Positions 9,886-19,899 of a DNA stretch of 64,000 bases are shown here, one piece after another. The first letter of the stretch is position 1. Every line of letters begins with the position of its first letter. The notes below the pieces were generated by a model. It saw only the letters and a program-made list of their open reading frames with translations. It ran no database searches and was not told the origin of the DNA. The DNA lies in the NCBI GenBank assembly GCA_963749075.1, contig CAVVLJ010000017.1:1056001-1120000 (forward strand), read 5' to 3'. The position numbers and the translations under genes are program-made. The DNA is from an uncultured Pseudomonadota bacterium. Its GTDB lineage: Bacteria; Pseudomonadota; Alphaproteobacteria; JACZXZ01.

Positions 9886-11271
9886 ATGGACCCCGAAGAT
9901 CCCTTTGGCGCGCCCGAGGACGAATCCGAGCGCACGGTCATCCGCCCGAATCCCGGCGGTCGCCGCCCGACGCCGGGCGGTGCGGCACCCGCGGCCGGAC
10001 CGGGGGCAGCCGAGCCGCCGCCTCGCGCGGCCGCAGAGCGCGAGCTGCCGAAGGCGCTCCAGCTCTTCGGCGTGAACGCGCTGGCCGCCGCCGCGGCCCC
10101 CATCCTCCACCTTGCCGTGCGGCTCAAGGGCATGGCGTCCCACGACGACGTGGCCGGGCTCCACGCCCGCGTGGTGGCGGAGATCCGGACTTTCGAGCGG
10201 CGCGCCACCGAGGCGGGGTTCCCGCCCGAGACCGTGCGCGCGGCGCGCTACGCGCTCGCCGCCACGGTCGACGATCTCGTGCTCAATACGCCGTGGGGCA
10301 GCGCCAGCCAATGGACGCGGCAGAGCATGGTCTCCACCTTCCACAAGGAGACCTTCGGCGGCGAGCGCTTCTTCGAGCTGCTCGAGGCGATGAGCCGCGA
10401 TCCCTCGCGCAACCTCGAGATGCTCGAGCTGCTCTACCTCTGCCTGGCACTCGGCTTCGAGGGCCAGTACCGCGTGACGCCGCGGGGTGCCGCCGAGCGC
10501 GATACCATCCAGAGCAGCCTCTACCGCACGATCCGCTTGCGCCGCGGCGATTTCGAGCGCGACCTCTCGCCGCACTGGCGCGGCGTCGAATCGCGGCACA
10601 AGTCGTTCCACGCCCAGGTACCGCTCTGGGTCATCGGCGCCGTGACCGCGGTCTTGCTCACGCTCATGTACGTCGGCTTCAGCTTCGCCCTCAACCGCGC
10701 CTCCGACGACCTCTTCGCCTCCATCGGCAACCTGCCGCCCGCCGAGCCCTTCAAGTTCGAGCGCCCCCCTCCGCCGCCGCCGCCCGAGACCAAGCAGAGC
10801 GTCGGCCTCAAGGATTGCCTCGCGGACGCCATCAAGGCGGGCCTCGTCACCGTGCTGCAGGATGCCGACACGGTGACGGTGCGCATCGCGGGCACCGGCA
10901 TGTTCGCCTCGGGCAGCGACCAGATCGAGCCCCGTTTCACCTCCATCCTGGTGAGCACCGGCAATTGCCTCAACGACAAGCCCGGCAAGGTGCTCGTCGC
11001 CGGCTATACCGACAACGTGCCGATCCGCACGCTGCGCTTCCCCTCGAACTGGCAGCTCTCCGTCGCGCGCGCCCAGTCGGTCGAGCGCCAGCTCAAGGCG
11101 CTCCTCAAGGACCCCTCGCGGCTCTCGACCGAGGGCTTCGGCGAGACCCATCCGCTCGCCTCGAACGCTACGCCCCAGGGCCGCGAGGCGAACCGGCGCA
11201 TCGAGATCGTCCTGACGCCCCAGCCGGAGGCCGGCCCGAGCGCCGCCGCCCTGCCGGCGAAGCAGGAGTGA
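9886..11271 (+). CDS. tssL: T6SS TssL (DotU) with C-terminal OmpA-like domain
   Basis: LNTPWG, GGERFF, LALGFEGQY, one TM segment, GYTDN..NWQLS..RA..NRRIEI. Confidence 0.93.
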   Translation: MDPEDPFGAPEDESERTVIRPNPGGRRPTPGGAAPAAGPGAAEPPPRAAAERELPKALQLFGVNALAAAAAPILHLAVRLKGMASHDDVAGLHARVVAEIRTFERRATEAGFPPETVRAARYALAATVDDLVLNTPWGSASQWTRQSMVSTFHKETFGGERFFELLEAMSRDPSRNLEMLELLYLCLALGFEGQYRVTPRGAAERDTIQSSLYRTIRLRRGDFERDLSPHWRGVESRHKSFHAQVPLWVIGAVTAVLLTLMYVGFSFALNRASDDLFASIGNLPPAEPFKFERPPPPPPPETKQSVGLKDCLADAIKAGLVTVLQDADTVTVRIAGTGMFASGSDQIEPRFTSILVSTGNCLNDKPGKVLVAGYTDNVPIRTLRFPSNWQLSVARAQSVERQLKALLKDPSRLSTEGFGETHPLASNATPQGREANRRIEIVLTPQPEAGPSAAALPAKQE

Positions 11272-11351
11272 GCGATGCTCGGCGCCACCGTGCGATGCGC
11301 TGCCGGCCCCGCTAGCCCGGCGGGCGGCGCCCGCCCGGCGCGAGCAGCCGC

Positions 11352-14300
11352 ATGTTGAGACGGCTCCTCGCCATCCTCATCTCGCGCGAGGTCGTCACAC
11401 TCGTCGGCGTCATCCTGCTCTCGGTGCTGATCTGGTTGATCGGTCCGCTCGTCGCGGTGGCGGACTTCTATCCCTTCGAGAGCACCCTCGTCCGCTTCAT
11501 CGCGATCATCCTTCTCTTCGTGCTGTGGGCGGTCTTTCTGCTGCTCCGCCAGCGCAAGTCGAAGAAGACGGACGCGGCACTCGTCGAGGGACTGGTGGCC
11601 GGCGAAGCGGGGGCCGCACAGCGCAGCACCGACAGCGAGGAGCTGCCCCAGCTGCGCGAGCGCTTCGAGGAGGCGCTCGAGCTCCTGAAGCGCAGCAAGC
11701 TCGGCGGCGAGGTGGGCCGGCAATATCTCTACCAGCTCCCCTGGTACGTGCTCATCGGGCCGCCGGGAGCCGGCAAGACGACGGCGCTGGTCAACTCCGA
11801 GCTGCACTTCCCGCTGGCCGACCATCTCGGCAAGAATGCCGTGCGCGGCGTGGGCGGCACGCGCAACTGCGACTGGTGGTTCACCGACGATGCGGTGCTG
11901 ATCGACACCGCCGGCCGCTACACCACCCAGGACAGCGACCAGCTCGCCGACGCCACCGCCTGGACGGCCTTCCTCGATCTCCTCAAGAAGACGCGGCCGC
12001 GCCAGCCGATCAACGGCGTGCTTCTCGCCATCAGCCTCGAGGACCTGTCGACTTTGCCCGAGGCCGAGCGGCGCAAGCATGCCCAGGCGGTCAAGAAGCG
12101 CATCGCCGAGATCCGCGACGTGCTCGGCCTGAGGGTGCCGGTCTACGCGCTCTTCACCAAGGCGGACCTCATCGCCGGCTTCGTCGAGTTCTTCGACGAC
12201 CTCGGCCGCGAGGAGCGCCAGCAGGTGTGGGGCGCCACGCTGCCGCTCGAGGAGGGCGGCAAGGGCGGCCAGGCGATCGCCGCCTTCGGCGCCGAGTTCG
12301 ATCTCCTCGTGGCCCGCCTCAACGAGCGGCTCCTGGCGCGCCTCCAGCAGGAGACCGACCTCCGCCGCCGCGCGCTCATCTACGGCTTCCCGCAGCAGTT
12401 CGTCTCCCTCAAATCGGCGGTCGGCGACTTCCTCGACGCCATCTTCCGGCCGAGCCGCCTCGAGGAGGTGCCGATCCTGCGCGGCTTCTATTTCACGAGC
12501 GGCACGCAGTTCGGCACGCCGGTCGACCGCCTGGTCGGCGCCATGGCCTCGAGCTTCGGGCTGAGCCGCCAGGCGCTCGCCGCCTTCTCGGGTGCGGGGC
12601 GCAGCTACTTCCTCACCCGGCTCCTCAAGAACGTGGTGTTCGCCGAGGCCGGCATGGTGAGCACCAACCGCCGGGTCGAGCGGCGCAACCTCTGGATCCG
12701 GGGTGCGGCCTACGCGGCCGCGGCGATCGTGCTCTTCGGCATGGGCGCCCTCTGGCTCAACAGCTACTTCGGCAATCTGCGGCTCATCGAGAGCACGGCC
12801 GTCGCGGTCGCCAAGTACAACGAGCAGATCAAGGGGCTGCAGGTCACCAGCTTCGACGATGCCGACCTCAGGAGCGTGCTGGTGCCGCTCGCCACCTTGC
12901 GCAGCCTGCCGACCGGCTACGACGAGCGCGACAAGCCCGTGCCGCTCGCCCTCGACTTCGGCCTCTACCAGGGCGGCAAGCTCAGCGTGGCGACGCTCGA
13001 CGCCTACCGCCGCGGCCTCAACGGCATCCTCCTGCCGCGTCTCATCGGCCAGCTCGAGCGAGAGATGCGCGGCAATCTCGCCAACCCCGAGTATCTCTAC
13101 GAGGCGCTCAAGGTCTACCTCATGCTGGCGCGCCAGGGACCGCTCGACGCGCCGCTCGTCAAGGATTGGATGGCGCTCGGCTGGCAGCGCGCGTTCCCCC
13201 TCCTCGGCGACCAGCCGGTGCGCGATGCGCTGGCGGCCCACCTCGCGGCACTCCTCGAGGCGCCGCTCGCGGACGTGCCGCCCGATCCGGCGCTCATCAA
13301 GCAGATCCGCCAGGTCGTCAGCCAGGTGCCGCTCGCGCAGCGCGCCTACCGCATCATCGTCCGCAGCGCCGCCGCCGAGGCACTGCCGGCGTGGAGCGCC
13401 CTCAGCGTGGGCGGGCCGCAGACCGCCGACGCCTTCGTGCGCCGCTCGAAGAAGCCGCTCAGCGAGGGTGTCGCGGGCATCTACACCTACGACGGCTTCC
13501 AGCGCGTATTCCTGCCCCAGCTCAAGGGCATCACGAGCGAGGTGGCGAAGGAAAGCTGGGTGCTCGGCGAGGATAGTGCCGCGAAGGCGACCCCGGGCGA
13601 ACTCGCCAAGCTCGAGAAGGACGTGCTCGATCTCTATCTCACGGAGTACGCGGCCCAGTGGGACGCCCAGCTTGCGGACCTTGAGATCGTCCCCTTCCGC
13701 AGCCTCGAGCACACGATCGAGGTCCTGAACATCCTCTCCGGGCCCGCCTCGCCGCTGCGCAACCTGATGAAGGGCATCGCGCACGAGACCACCTTGACCG
13801 CCCCGCTCGTAACCCAGGGAGTGGCCGACACGGGGGGTGCAGCGCTCAACGCCAAGGCCATGGCGGCGGCCGAGGCGAAGAAGGCGGCGCAAGCGAGCCC
13901 GACGGGATCGCGCCTCTCGCAGATACTCGGCGCCAGCGGCCCCGCGGCGCCGCTCCCCGGCCAGTCGGTCGACGACCACTACAAGGCCCTCCACGCCCTC
14001 GTGACCGGCTCGCCCTCCGAGCTCGACCAGATCATCGGCATCCTCCAGCAGCTCAAGGACCAGCTCCTCAAGGCAGGACCCGTGCCGGGCCAGAGTCAGG
14101 CTGCAGTCGGCGGCACCTTCTTCGAGCGGGTCGCCGGCGAGTCGGCCGTGCGGCTCAAGAGCGAGCTCGTGCGCCTGCCCAGCCCTTTACGCGACTGGAT
14201 GGACGCGGTGCTCAAGGGCAACTCGGCGGTGTCGGTCGGCGGCGCACGCGAGCGCATGAACGCCGAATGGAAGTCCAACGTGCTGCCCTTCTGCCGCCAG

Positions 14301-14963
14301 GCGCTCGACAACCGCTATCCCCTCTTCAAGCAGAGCGCCGCCGACGTGCCGCTCGACGACTTCGCCCGCCTCTTCGCGCCCGGCGGGCTGATCGACGGCT
14401 TCTTCGACACCCAGCTCAGGCCCTTCGTCGACACCGCCCAGCGCCCGTGGCGCTGGCAGCGCGTCGAGGACACCGACCTCGGCATCCCGGCGGCCGTGCT
14501 GGTGCAGTTCCAGTACGCCGCGGCGATCCGCGACGCGCTCTTCGGCGGCGGCAAGACGCCGCGCGTGAGCTTCGAGATCACGCCGGTCTCCCTCGATGCG
14601 GGCGCCGGACAGGTCACGCTGACCGTGGACGGGCAGCCGGTCGTCTATCAGCACGGACCGCCGGTGCCGAAGCAGCTGCAATGGCCGGGCTCGGGCGGCC
14701 CGATGGAGGCGCGGCTCGCCTTCACCGACGCGGCGGGCGGCAAGGGCGCAGTAGCGCCGGGCAGCCTGACGTTGCGCGGGCCGTGGGCGTTTTTCCGCCT
14801 CCTCGACCGCGCCACGGTCACGCGCTCGCAGCAGCCCGACCACTTCACGATTGCCTTCAACATAAACGGACACAGCGCCGCCTTCGAGGTCGCGGCCAAT
14901 AGCGTGGTCAATCCCTTCATGCTCGATGCGCTGGGGCGATTCCGGTGTCCGGCGGGGCTCTAG
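11352..14963 (+). CDS. tssM: T6SS membrane subunit TssM (IcmF)
   Basis: 1203 aa; LPWYVLIGPPGAGKTT, TRNCDWWF, DTAGRY, LRGFYFTSG, GPWAFFRL. Confidence 0.96.
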   Translation: MLRRLLAILISREVVTLVGVILLSVLIWLIGPLVAVADFYPFESTLVRFIAIILLFVLWAVFLLLRQRKSKKTDAALVEGLVAGEAGAAQRSTDSEELPQLRERFEEALELLKRSKLGGEVGRQYLYQLPWYVLIGPPGAGKTTALVNSELHFPLADHLGKNAVRGVGGTRNCDWWFTDDAVLIDTAGRYTTQDSDQLADATAWTAFLDLLKKTRPRQPINGVLLAISLEDLSTLPEAERRKHAQAVKKRIAEIRDVLGLRVPVYALFTKADLIAGFVEFFDDLGREERQQVWGATLPLEEGGKGGQAIAAFGAEFDLLVARLNERLLARLQQETDLRRRALIYGFPQQFVSLKSAVGDFLDAIFRPSRLEEVPILRGFYFTSGTQFGTPVDRLVGAMASSFGLSRQALAAFSGAGRSYFLTRLLKNVVFAEAGMVSTNRRVERRNLWIRGAAYAAAAIVLFGMGALWLNSYFGNLRLIESTAVAVAKYNEQIKGLQVTSFDDADLRSVLVPLATLRSLPTGYDERDKPVPLALDFGLYQGGKLSVATLDAYRRGLNGILLPRLIGQLEREMRGNLANPEYLYEALKVYLMLARQGPLDAPLVKDWMALGWQRAFPLLGDQPVRDALAAHLAALLEAPLADVPPDPALIKQIRQVVSQVPLAQRAYRIIVRSAAAEALPAWSALSVGGPQTADAFVRRSKKPLSEGVAGIYTYDGFQRVFLPQLKGITSEVAKESWVLGEDSAAKATPGELAKLEKDVLDLYLTEYAAQWDAQLADLEIVPFRSLEHTIEVLNILSGPASPLRNLMKGIAHETTLTAPLVTQGVADTGGAALNAKAMAAAEAKKAAQASPTGSRLSQILGASGPAAPLPGQSVDDHYKALHALVTGSPSELDQIIGILQQLKDQLLKAGPVPGQSQAAVGGTFFERVAGESAVRLKSELVRLPSPLRDWMDAVLKGNSAVSVGGARERMNAEWKSNVLPFCRQALDNRYPLFKQSAADVPLDDFARLFAPGGLIDGFFDTQLRPFVDTAQRPWRWQRVEDTDLGIPAAVLVQFQYAAAIRDALFGGGKTPRVSFEITPVSLDAGAGQVTLTVDGQPVVYQHGPPVPKQLQWPGSGGPMEARLAFTDAAGGKGAVAPGSLTLRGPWAFFRLLDRATVTRSQQPDHFTIAFNINGHSAAFEVAANSVVNPFMLDALGRFRCPAGL

Positions 14964-15682
14964 AGGAGCAGCCGCGCGCGGAGGCCGGCTTCTTCGGCAA
15001 GCTGCCGGCCAAGCGCGACTTCGTCTCGCGCCGCCTGCCGCGCGCCTTCCTCGACCCGTGGGACGCCTGGCTGCAGGACGCCCTCGCGCAAAGCCGCGAG
15101 CAGCTCGGCGCCGACTGGCTCGAGCACTATCTCGTGAGCCCGGTGTGGCGCTTTGCGCTGGCGCCGGGCGTGTGCGGCGAGCGCGCCGCGGCCGGCGTCC
15201 TCATGCCGAGCGTCGACGGCATCGGGCGCTATTTCCCGCTGGCGCTCGTCGCCCTCGTGGCGCGCTCGACCGACGCGGCGGGGCTCGCCGCTGCGAGCGG
15301 CGGCTGGTACGACCGCGCGGAAGCGCTGATCCTCACGGCACTCGCCGAGGAGACCGCGCTCGAGCAATTCGACGCGGCGGTGGCCGAGCTCGGCCTGCCG
15401 GCACCGGAATATCAATCCGAGACGGCGTCTGCCGCGCGCCTAGAGAGCGCCTCGGCGGAGGCGGTGCTGCCGCTCGGCTCCGCCGGGCTCGCGGCACGCC
15501 TGGGCCCGCTCGGCGTTCCCGGCGGCAGCCTGTGGTGGACGGCGGGATCGGACGAGGTGAAGCCGGCGCTCCTCGTCTGCGCCGGATTGCCGCGCAGCGA
15601 CGGCTTTGCCGGGCTCCTCGACGGCCGCTGGGAGACCTGGGGCTGGCCGGCCGCACCGCAGGCGGAGGCCGAGGTGCAATGA
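14945..15682 (+). CDS. tagF: T6SS post-translational repressor TagF
   Basis: GFFGKLP..DFV, PSVDGIGRYFPL, SLWWT; overlaps the end of tssM. Confidence 0.92.
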   Translation: MSGGALEEQPRAEAGFFGKLPAKRDFVSRRLPRAFLDPWDAWLQDALAQSREQLGADWLEHYLVSPVWRFALAPGVCGERAAAGVLMPSVDGIGRYFPLALVALVARSTDAAGLAAASGGWYDRAEALILTALAEETALEQFDAAVAELGLPAPEYQSETASAARLESASAEAVLPLGSAGLAARLGPLGVPGGSLWWTAGSDEVKPALLVCAGLPRSDGFAGLLDGRWETWGWPAAPQAEAEVQ

Positions 15683-16416
15683 GCGGGAGTTCCGGTCGCC
15701 TCTCATACCGCTCCGCCGCGCGCAGCCACGTGGGCGCCGTGCGCAAGCACAACGAGGACGCCCTCATCGAGCGGCCGGAGATCGGCCTGTGGGCGGTGGC
15801 GGACGGCATGGGCGGCCACCAGCGCGGCGACTATGCGAGCGCCTCCATCATGAGCGCATTGAGCAAGGTGGCAGCGCCCGAGAGCGGGCGCGCACTTCTG
15901 CGCGAGGTGGAGATGCGCCTCGCCGACGTGAACCGCACGCTGCGCGCGGCAGCGCTTGCGGCCGGCGCCGGGACCACGATCGGCAGCACGGTCGTCGTTC
16001 TCTTGATCTACGACGGCAGCCTCTGCTGCCTCTGGGCGGGGGACTGCCGGCTCTACCGCCTGCGCGCGGGCGAGCTCAGCCGGCTCACGCGCGACCACTC
16101 TTACGTTCAGGATCTCGTCGATCAGGGCGAGATTCCGGCCGAGGCCGCCGCCACCCACCCCATGTCGAACGTGGTGACGAACGCCATCGGCGCTTACGAC
16201 GACCTGGAGCTCGAGCAGGCGCGCGACCGCCTGCAGCCAGAGGACGTGCTGCTGCTGTGCTCCGACGGCCTGATCCGCACCATGAGCGACCGCGAGATCG
16301 CCGACATCCTCGGCAAGAACGGCTTGCCCGAGGCCGCCGACCGCCTCATCGCCGAGGCGCTCTCCCGGGGTGCGCCGGACAATGTGAGCGTCGTCCTCGT
16401 GGAGTGCTCAGCGTAA
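15679..16416 (+). CDS. PP2C-family Ser/Thr phosphatase (PppA-like)
   Basis: NED, VADGMGGH, LLCSDGL, DNVS; ATGA overlap with tagF. Confidence 0.9.
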   Translation: MSGSSGRLSYRSAARSHVGAVRKHNEDALIERPEIGLWAVADGMGGHQRGDYASASIMSALSKVAAPESGRALLREVEMRLADVNRTLRAAALAAGAGTTIGSTVVVLLIYDGSLCCLWAGDCRLYRLRAGELSRLTRDHSYVQDLVDQGEIPAEAAATHPMSNVVTNAIGAYDDLELEQARDRLQPEDVLLLCSDGLIRTMSDREIADILGKNGLPEAADRLIAEALSRGAPDNVSVVLVECSA

Positions 16417-16431
16417 CGGCCGCGCTCGTCC

Positions 16432-16812
16432 TCAGAACGCCGCGAGGAAGCGCCTGATCTCGGCGCCGCTCCAATCGGCGATCTCGTGGTCCTCGATGAC
16501 CGGCGGCAGCTCTTCGGGCAGCACCGCGCCCTCGGCGAGCATGAGAAGGAGCGGCCTGCGGCCGGCCTTGCAGCAGCGGATCGCCCACGCCTGCTGCTCG
16601 GACTCCGCCGTGCCGGCATTCACCACGGCGATCATGCCATGGCAGCCGAGGACGAGTGCGCGGCAGGCCATGCGCCAGGCGCCGTCGACCGGCCGATTGG
16701 GCGGCATCGCGACCCATTCGACCGCGACCGCGGCGCTCGTCTCGGCCGCGAGCAGCTCCTCTAGGCCAGCACCCTCGGGCAGGGCGCTCACGAATATGCG
16801 TACCGCCGGCAT
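16432..16812 (-). CDS. Stand-alone TIR-like (ThsB/DUF1863-like) protein with Ala at the predicted catalytic Glu
   Basis: 126 aa; RIFVS, W..CR....GC.GMIAVV..GT, QQAWAIRC, PLLLM, WS..EI..FL align by eye with small MTH538/ThsB TIR proteins. Confidence 0.65.
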   Translation of the reverse strand: MPAVRIFVSALPEGAGLEELLAAETSAAVAVEWVAMPPNRPVDGAWRMACRALVLGCHGMIAVVNAGTAESEQQAWAIRCCKAGRRPLLLMLAEGAVLPEELPPVIEDHEIADWSGAEIRRFLAAF

Positions 16813-16969
16813 GGACGCAGCCTCAGCTGGCGAGCGCGCGGACGATCGCCGCACGAGCGGCTTCGGATGACATGCGCATTCCTCCCTGCCTTGGCCAAAT
16901 CTACTATAAACCCGCAGCGGCCGCGCAAAATGCCTCATCCGGCCGGAATTGCCTTGTGGGGGCGGGTCA

Positions 16970-18631
16970 ATGTCCGAGGAGAGCTTCGACTACGTCATCG
17001 TCGGCGCGGGCTCGGCCGGCTGCGTGCTCGCCAACCGCCTGAGCGAGGACGGCCGCGCGAGCGTCCTTCTGCTCGAATACGGCGGCTCCGATTCCTCGAT
17101 CCTCATCCAGATGCCGAGTGCGCTCTCGATCCCGCTCAACATGCCGGCCTACGACTGGGGCTACCGCTCGGAGCCGGAGCCGCACCTCGGCGGCCGCTCC
17201 TTGGCGGCACCTCGCGGCAAGCTCATCGGCGGCTCCTCCTCGATCAACGGCCTCGTCTATGTGCGCGGCCATGCCCTCGACTTCGAGCGCTGGGAGAGCG
17301 AGGGTGCCAAGGGCTGGTCCTACGCCGCGGTGCTGCCCTATTTCCGCCGGGCGGAGACGCGCGCCGGGGGCGGCGACGCCTGGCGCGGCTCGAGCGGCCC
17401 GCTCCATACCTGCTACGGCCGCCTCGCCAATCCGCTCTACCGCGCATTCATCGCGGCGGGCAAGGCGGCAGGCTATGGCGAGACCGCGGACATCAACGGC
17501 TTTTGCCAGGAGGGCTTCGGCCGCCTGGACATGACGGTCCATCGCGGCCGGCGCTGGAGTGCCGCCAACGCCTACCTCAAGCCGGCGCTCGGCCGGCGCA
17601 ATCTCGCGCTCCGCACGCGCACGCTCGCAACCGCCATCCTCCTCGAGGGGCGCTCGGCCACGGGAGTCCGCTATCGCCGCGGTGGAGAGGAGCACGTCGC
17701 CCGCGCGCGGCGCGAGGTCGTGCTTGCGGCCGGGCCGTTCAACTCGCCGCAGCTTCTCAAGCTCTCCGGCATAGGCCCAGCGGACGAGCTCAAGCAGCAC
17801 GGCATTGCGCTCAAGCACGAGCTTCCGGGCGTGGGCGAGAACCTGCAGGACCATCTCGAGTTCTATTTCCAGCTCGAATGCACGCAGCCGGTCACGCTTT
17901 ATTCGGCGCAGCACCCCCTCGCCAAGGCGCTCATCGGCTTGACTTGGCTCCTTCGCCACGACGGCCTCGGCGCCACCAATCATTTCGAGTGCGGCGGCTT
18001 CATCCGCAGCCATGCCGGCGTGCGCCATCCCGACCTGCAGTACCACTTCCTGCCGCTCGCCATGAGCTACGACGGCAAGACGCTCGCCGCACGCCACGGC
18101 TTTCAGGCCCACGTCGGCCCCTTGCGCTCCCGGAGCCGCGGCCGGGTGCGCCTCGCCTCGGCCGATCCCCTGGTAAGGCCGCACCTCTTCTTCAACTACA
18201 TGAGCCAGCCGGACGATTGGCAAGAGATGCGCGCCGCCGTGCGGCTCACCCGCGAGATCTTCGCGCAAGCCCCCTTGGCACCCTACCGCGGACGCGAGCT
18301 GCAGCCGGGCAGCCACGTGGTCTCCGATAGGGAGATCGACGCCTTCGTCCGTGAGCGGGCGGAGAGCGCCTATCATCCCTGCGGCACCTGCCGGATGGGA
18401 AGCCCGGCGGACGCCATGGCGGTGGTCGACCCGGAGACCCGCGTGATCGGGCTCGCGCGTTTGCGCGTGGCGGACAGCTCGATCATGCCCTCGATCACCT
18501 CGGGCAACCTCAATGCGCCCACCGTCATGATCGCCGAGAAGGCGGCCGACCACATCCTCGGCCGCGCGCCCTTGCCGCCGTCGGAGGCCCCCTTCCACGT
18601 GGCGCCCGACTGGGAGCACGCCCAGCGCTGA
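16970..18631 (+). CDS. betA: Choline dehydrogenase (GMC oxidoreductase)
   Basis: IVGAGSAG, RGKLIGGSSSING, VGENLQDH, AYHPCGTC, GNLNAP, C-terminal DWEHAQR. Confidence 0.88.
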   Translation: MSEESFDYVIVGAGSAGCVLANRLSEDGRASVLLLEYGGSDSSILIQMPSALSIPLNMPAYDWGYRSEPEPHLGGRSLAAPRGKLIGGSSSINGLVYVRGHALDFERWESEGAKGWSYAAVLPYFRRAETRAGGGDAWRGSSGPLHTCYGRLANPLYRAFIAAGKAAGYGETADINGFCQEGFGRLDMTVHRGRRWSAANAYLKPALGRRNLALRTRTLATAILLEGRSATGVRYRRGGEEHVARARREVVLAAGPFNSPQLLKLSGIGPADELKQHGIALKHELPGVGENLQDHLEFYFQLECTQPVTLYSAQHPLAKALIGLTWLLRHDGLGATNHFECGGFIRSHAGVRHPDLQYHFLPLAMSYDGKTLAARHGFQAHVGPLRSRSRGRVRLASADPLVRPHLFFNYMSQPDDWQEMRAAVRLTREIFAQAPLAPYRGRELQPGSHVVSDREIDAFVRERAESAYHPCGTCRMGSPADAMAVVDPETRVIGLARLRVADSSIMPSITSGNLNAPTVMIAEKAADHILGRAPLPPSEAPFHVAPDWEHAQR

Positions 18632-18786
18632 GCAAGGCGCCGGGGCGGCGTGCCCCCTCATCTCCCTCTTGCCGCTTGACGCTCGGTAGGGTCCGGCGGA
18701 CACTCGAATGCGGGGTCGCTCGACGTTCTGTCAAAAATCCCTGTCAATTTCTTTGAGCCGGGCATCTCAACGAGGGGAGACAAGAC

Positions 18787-19890
18787 ATGAAACGCTTATG
18801 GTCGTGCACCGTTCCGCTCTCGACAGTGGCCCTCCTGGCCTCGGCCGGGCTGGCGGCCGCCCAGACGATGGACACGCTCGTGGCCGGCGCCAAGCGCGAG
18901 GGCCAGCTCACGGTGATCGCCCTGCCGCACGACTGGTGCGGCTATGGCCCCATGATCGAGGCCTTCAAGAGCAAGTACGGGCTCAAGGTCAACGAGCTCA
19001 ATCCCGACGCCGGCTCGGGCGACGAGGTGGAGGCGATCAAGGCGAATAAGGGCAATACCGGGCCGCAGGCGCCCGACGTGATCGACGTGGGCCTCTCCTT
19101 CGGCCCGTCCGCCAAGAAGGACGGCCTCTTGCAGCCCTTCAAGCCGGCGACCTGGAGCAGCATCCCCGCTTCCCAGAAGGACGCCGACGGCTACTGGTAC
19201 GGCGACTATTACGGGGTGCTCGCGCTCGAGATCAATGCGGACATCGTGAAGAAGAGTCCGGCGGATTGGCCGGATCTTCTCGGCGCCGACTACAAGAACG
19301 CGGTGGCGCTCGCCGGCGACCCGCGCGTCGCCAATCAGGCGATCCAGGGCGTCTTCTCCGCCGGCCTCTCGGCAAGCGGCGGCAAGGTCGCCGAGGCGGG
19401 CGAGGCGGGGCTCAAATTCTTCGCCGAGCTCAACAAGAAGGGCAACTTCGTGCCGGTCATCGGCAAGGCGGCCTCGCTCGCCCAGGGGGCCACGCCGATC
19501 ATCATCCGCTGGGACTATAACGCGCTCGCCGACCGCGACACGCTCAAGGGCAATCCCGAGGTCAAGGTGGTGGTGCCCAAGAGCGGCATCGTCGCCGGCG
19601 TCTACGTGCAGGCGATCAGCGCCTTCGCGCCGCATCCCAACGCCGCCAAGCTGTGGATGGAGTATCTCTATTCCGACGAGGGGCAGCTCGCCTGGCTCAA
19701 GGGCTACTGCCACCCGATCCGCTTCAACGACCTGGTCGCCAAGAAGAAGGTCCCCGCGGAGCTCTTGGCGAAACTGCCGCCCGCCGACGCCTACGCCAAG
19801 GCGGTCTTCCCCACCCTCGCCGAGCAGGAGCAGGCCAAGGGCGTCATCACCAAGGGCTGGGACGCGACGGTCGGGGCGAACGTGAAGTAG
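18787..19890 (+). CDS. ABC transporter substrate-binding protein (polyamine/iron(III)-like clan)
   Basis: Signal peptide; LPHDWCGYG, APDVIDVG, APHPNAAKLW. Confidence 0.88.
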   Translation: MKRLWSCTVPLSTVALLASAGLAAAQTMDTLVAGAKREGQLTVIALPHDWCGYGPMIEAFKSKYGLKVNELNPDAGSGDEVEAIKANKGNTGPQAPDVIDVGLSFGPSAKKDGLLQPFKPATWSSIPASQKDADGYWYGDYYGVLALEINADIVKKSPADWPDLLGADYKNAVALAGDPRVANQAIQGVFSAGLSASGGKVAEAGEAGLKFFAELNKKGNFVPVIGKAASLAQGATPIIIRWDYNALADRDTLKGNPEVKVVVPKSGIVAGVYVQAISAFAPHPNAAKLWMEYLYSDEGQLAWLKGYCHPIRFNDLVAKKKVPAELLAKLPPADAYAKAVFPTLAEQEQAKGVITKGWDATVGANVK

Positions 19891-19899
19891 TGCGCTTGC

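Noticed and set aside
122-13994. Long alternative-frame and antisense ORFs over the T6SS genes (e.g. 122-2890, 8529-11315, 11004-13994)
   Set aside because: Arg/Ala/Gly-rich shadow frames expected in high-GC coding DNA; no motifs
14926-16416. 496-aa ORF suggesting a TagF-phosphatase fusion
   Set aside because: Its N-terminal half is a shadow frame of tagF; the phosphatase starts at ATG 15679 in an ATGA overlap
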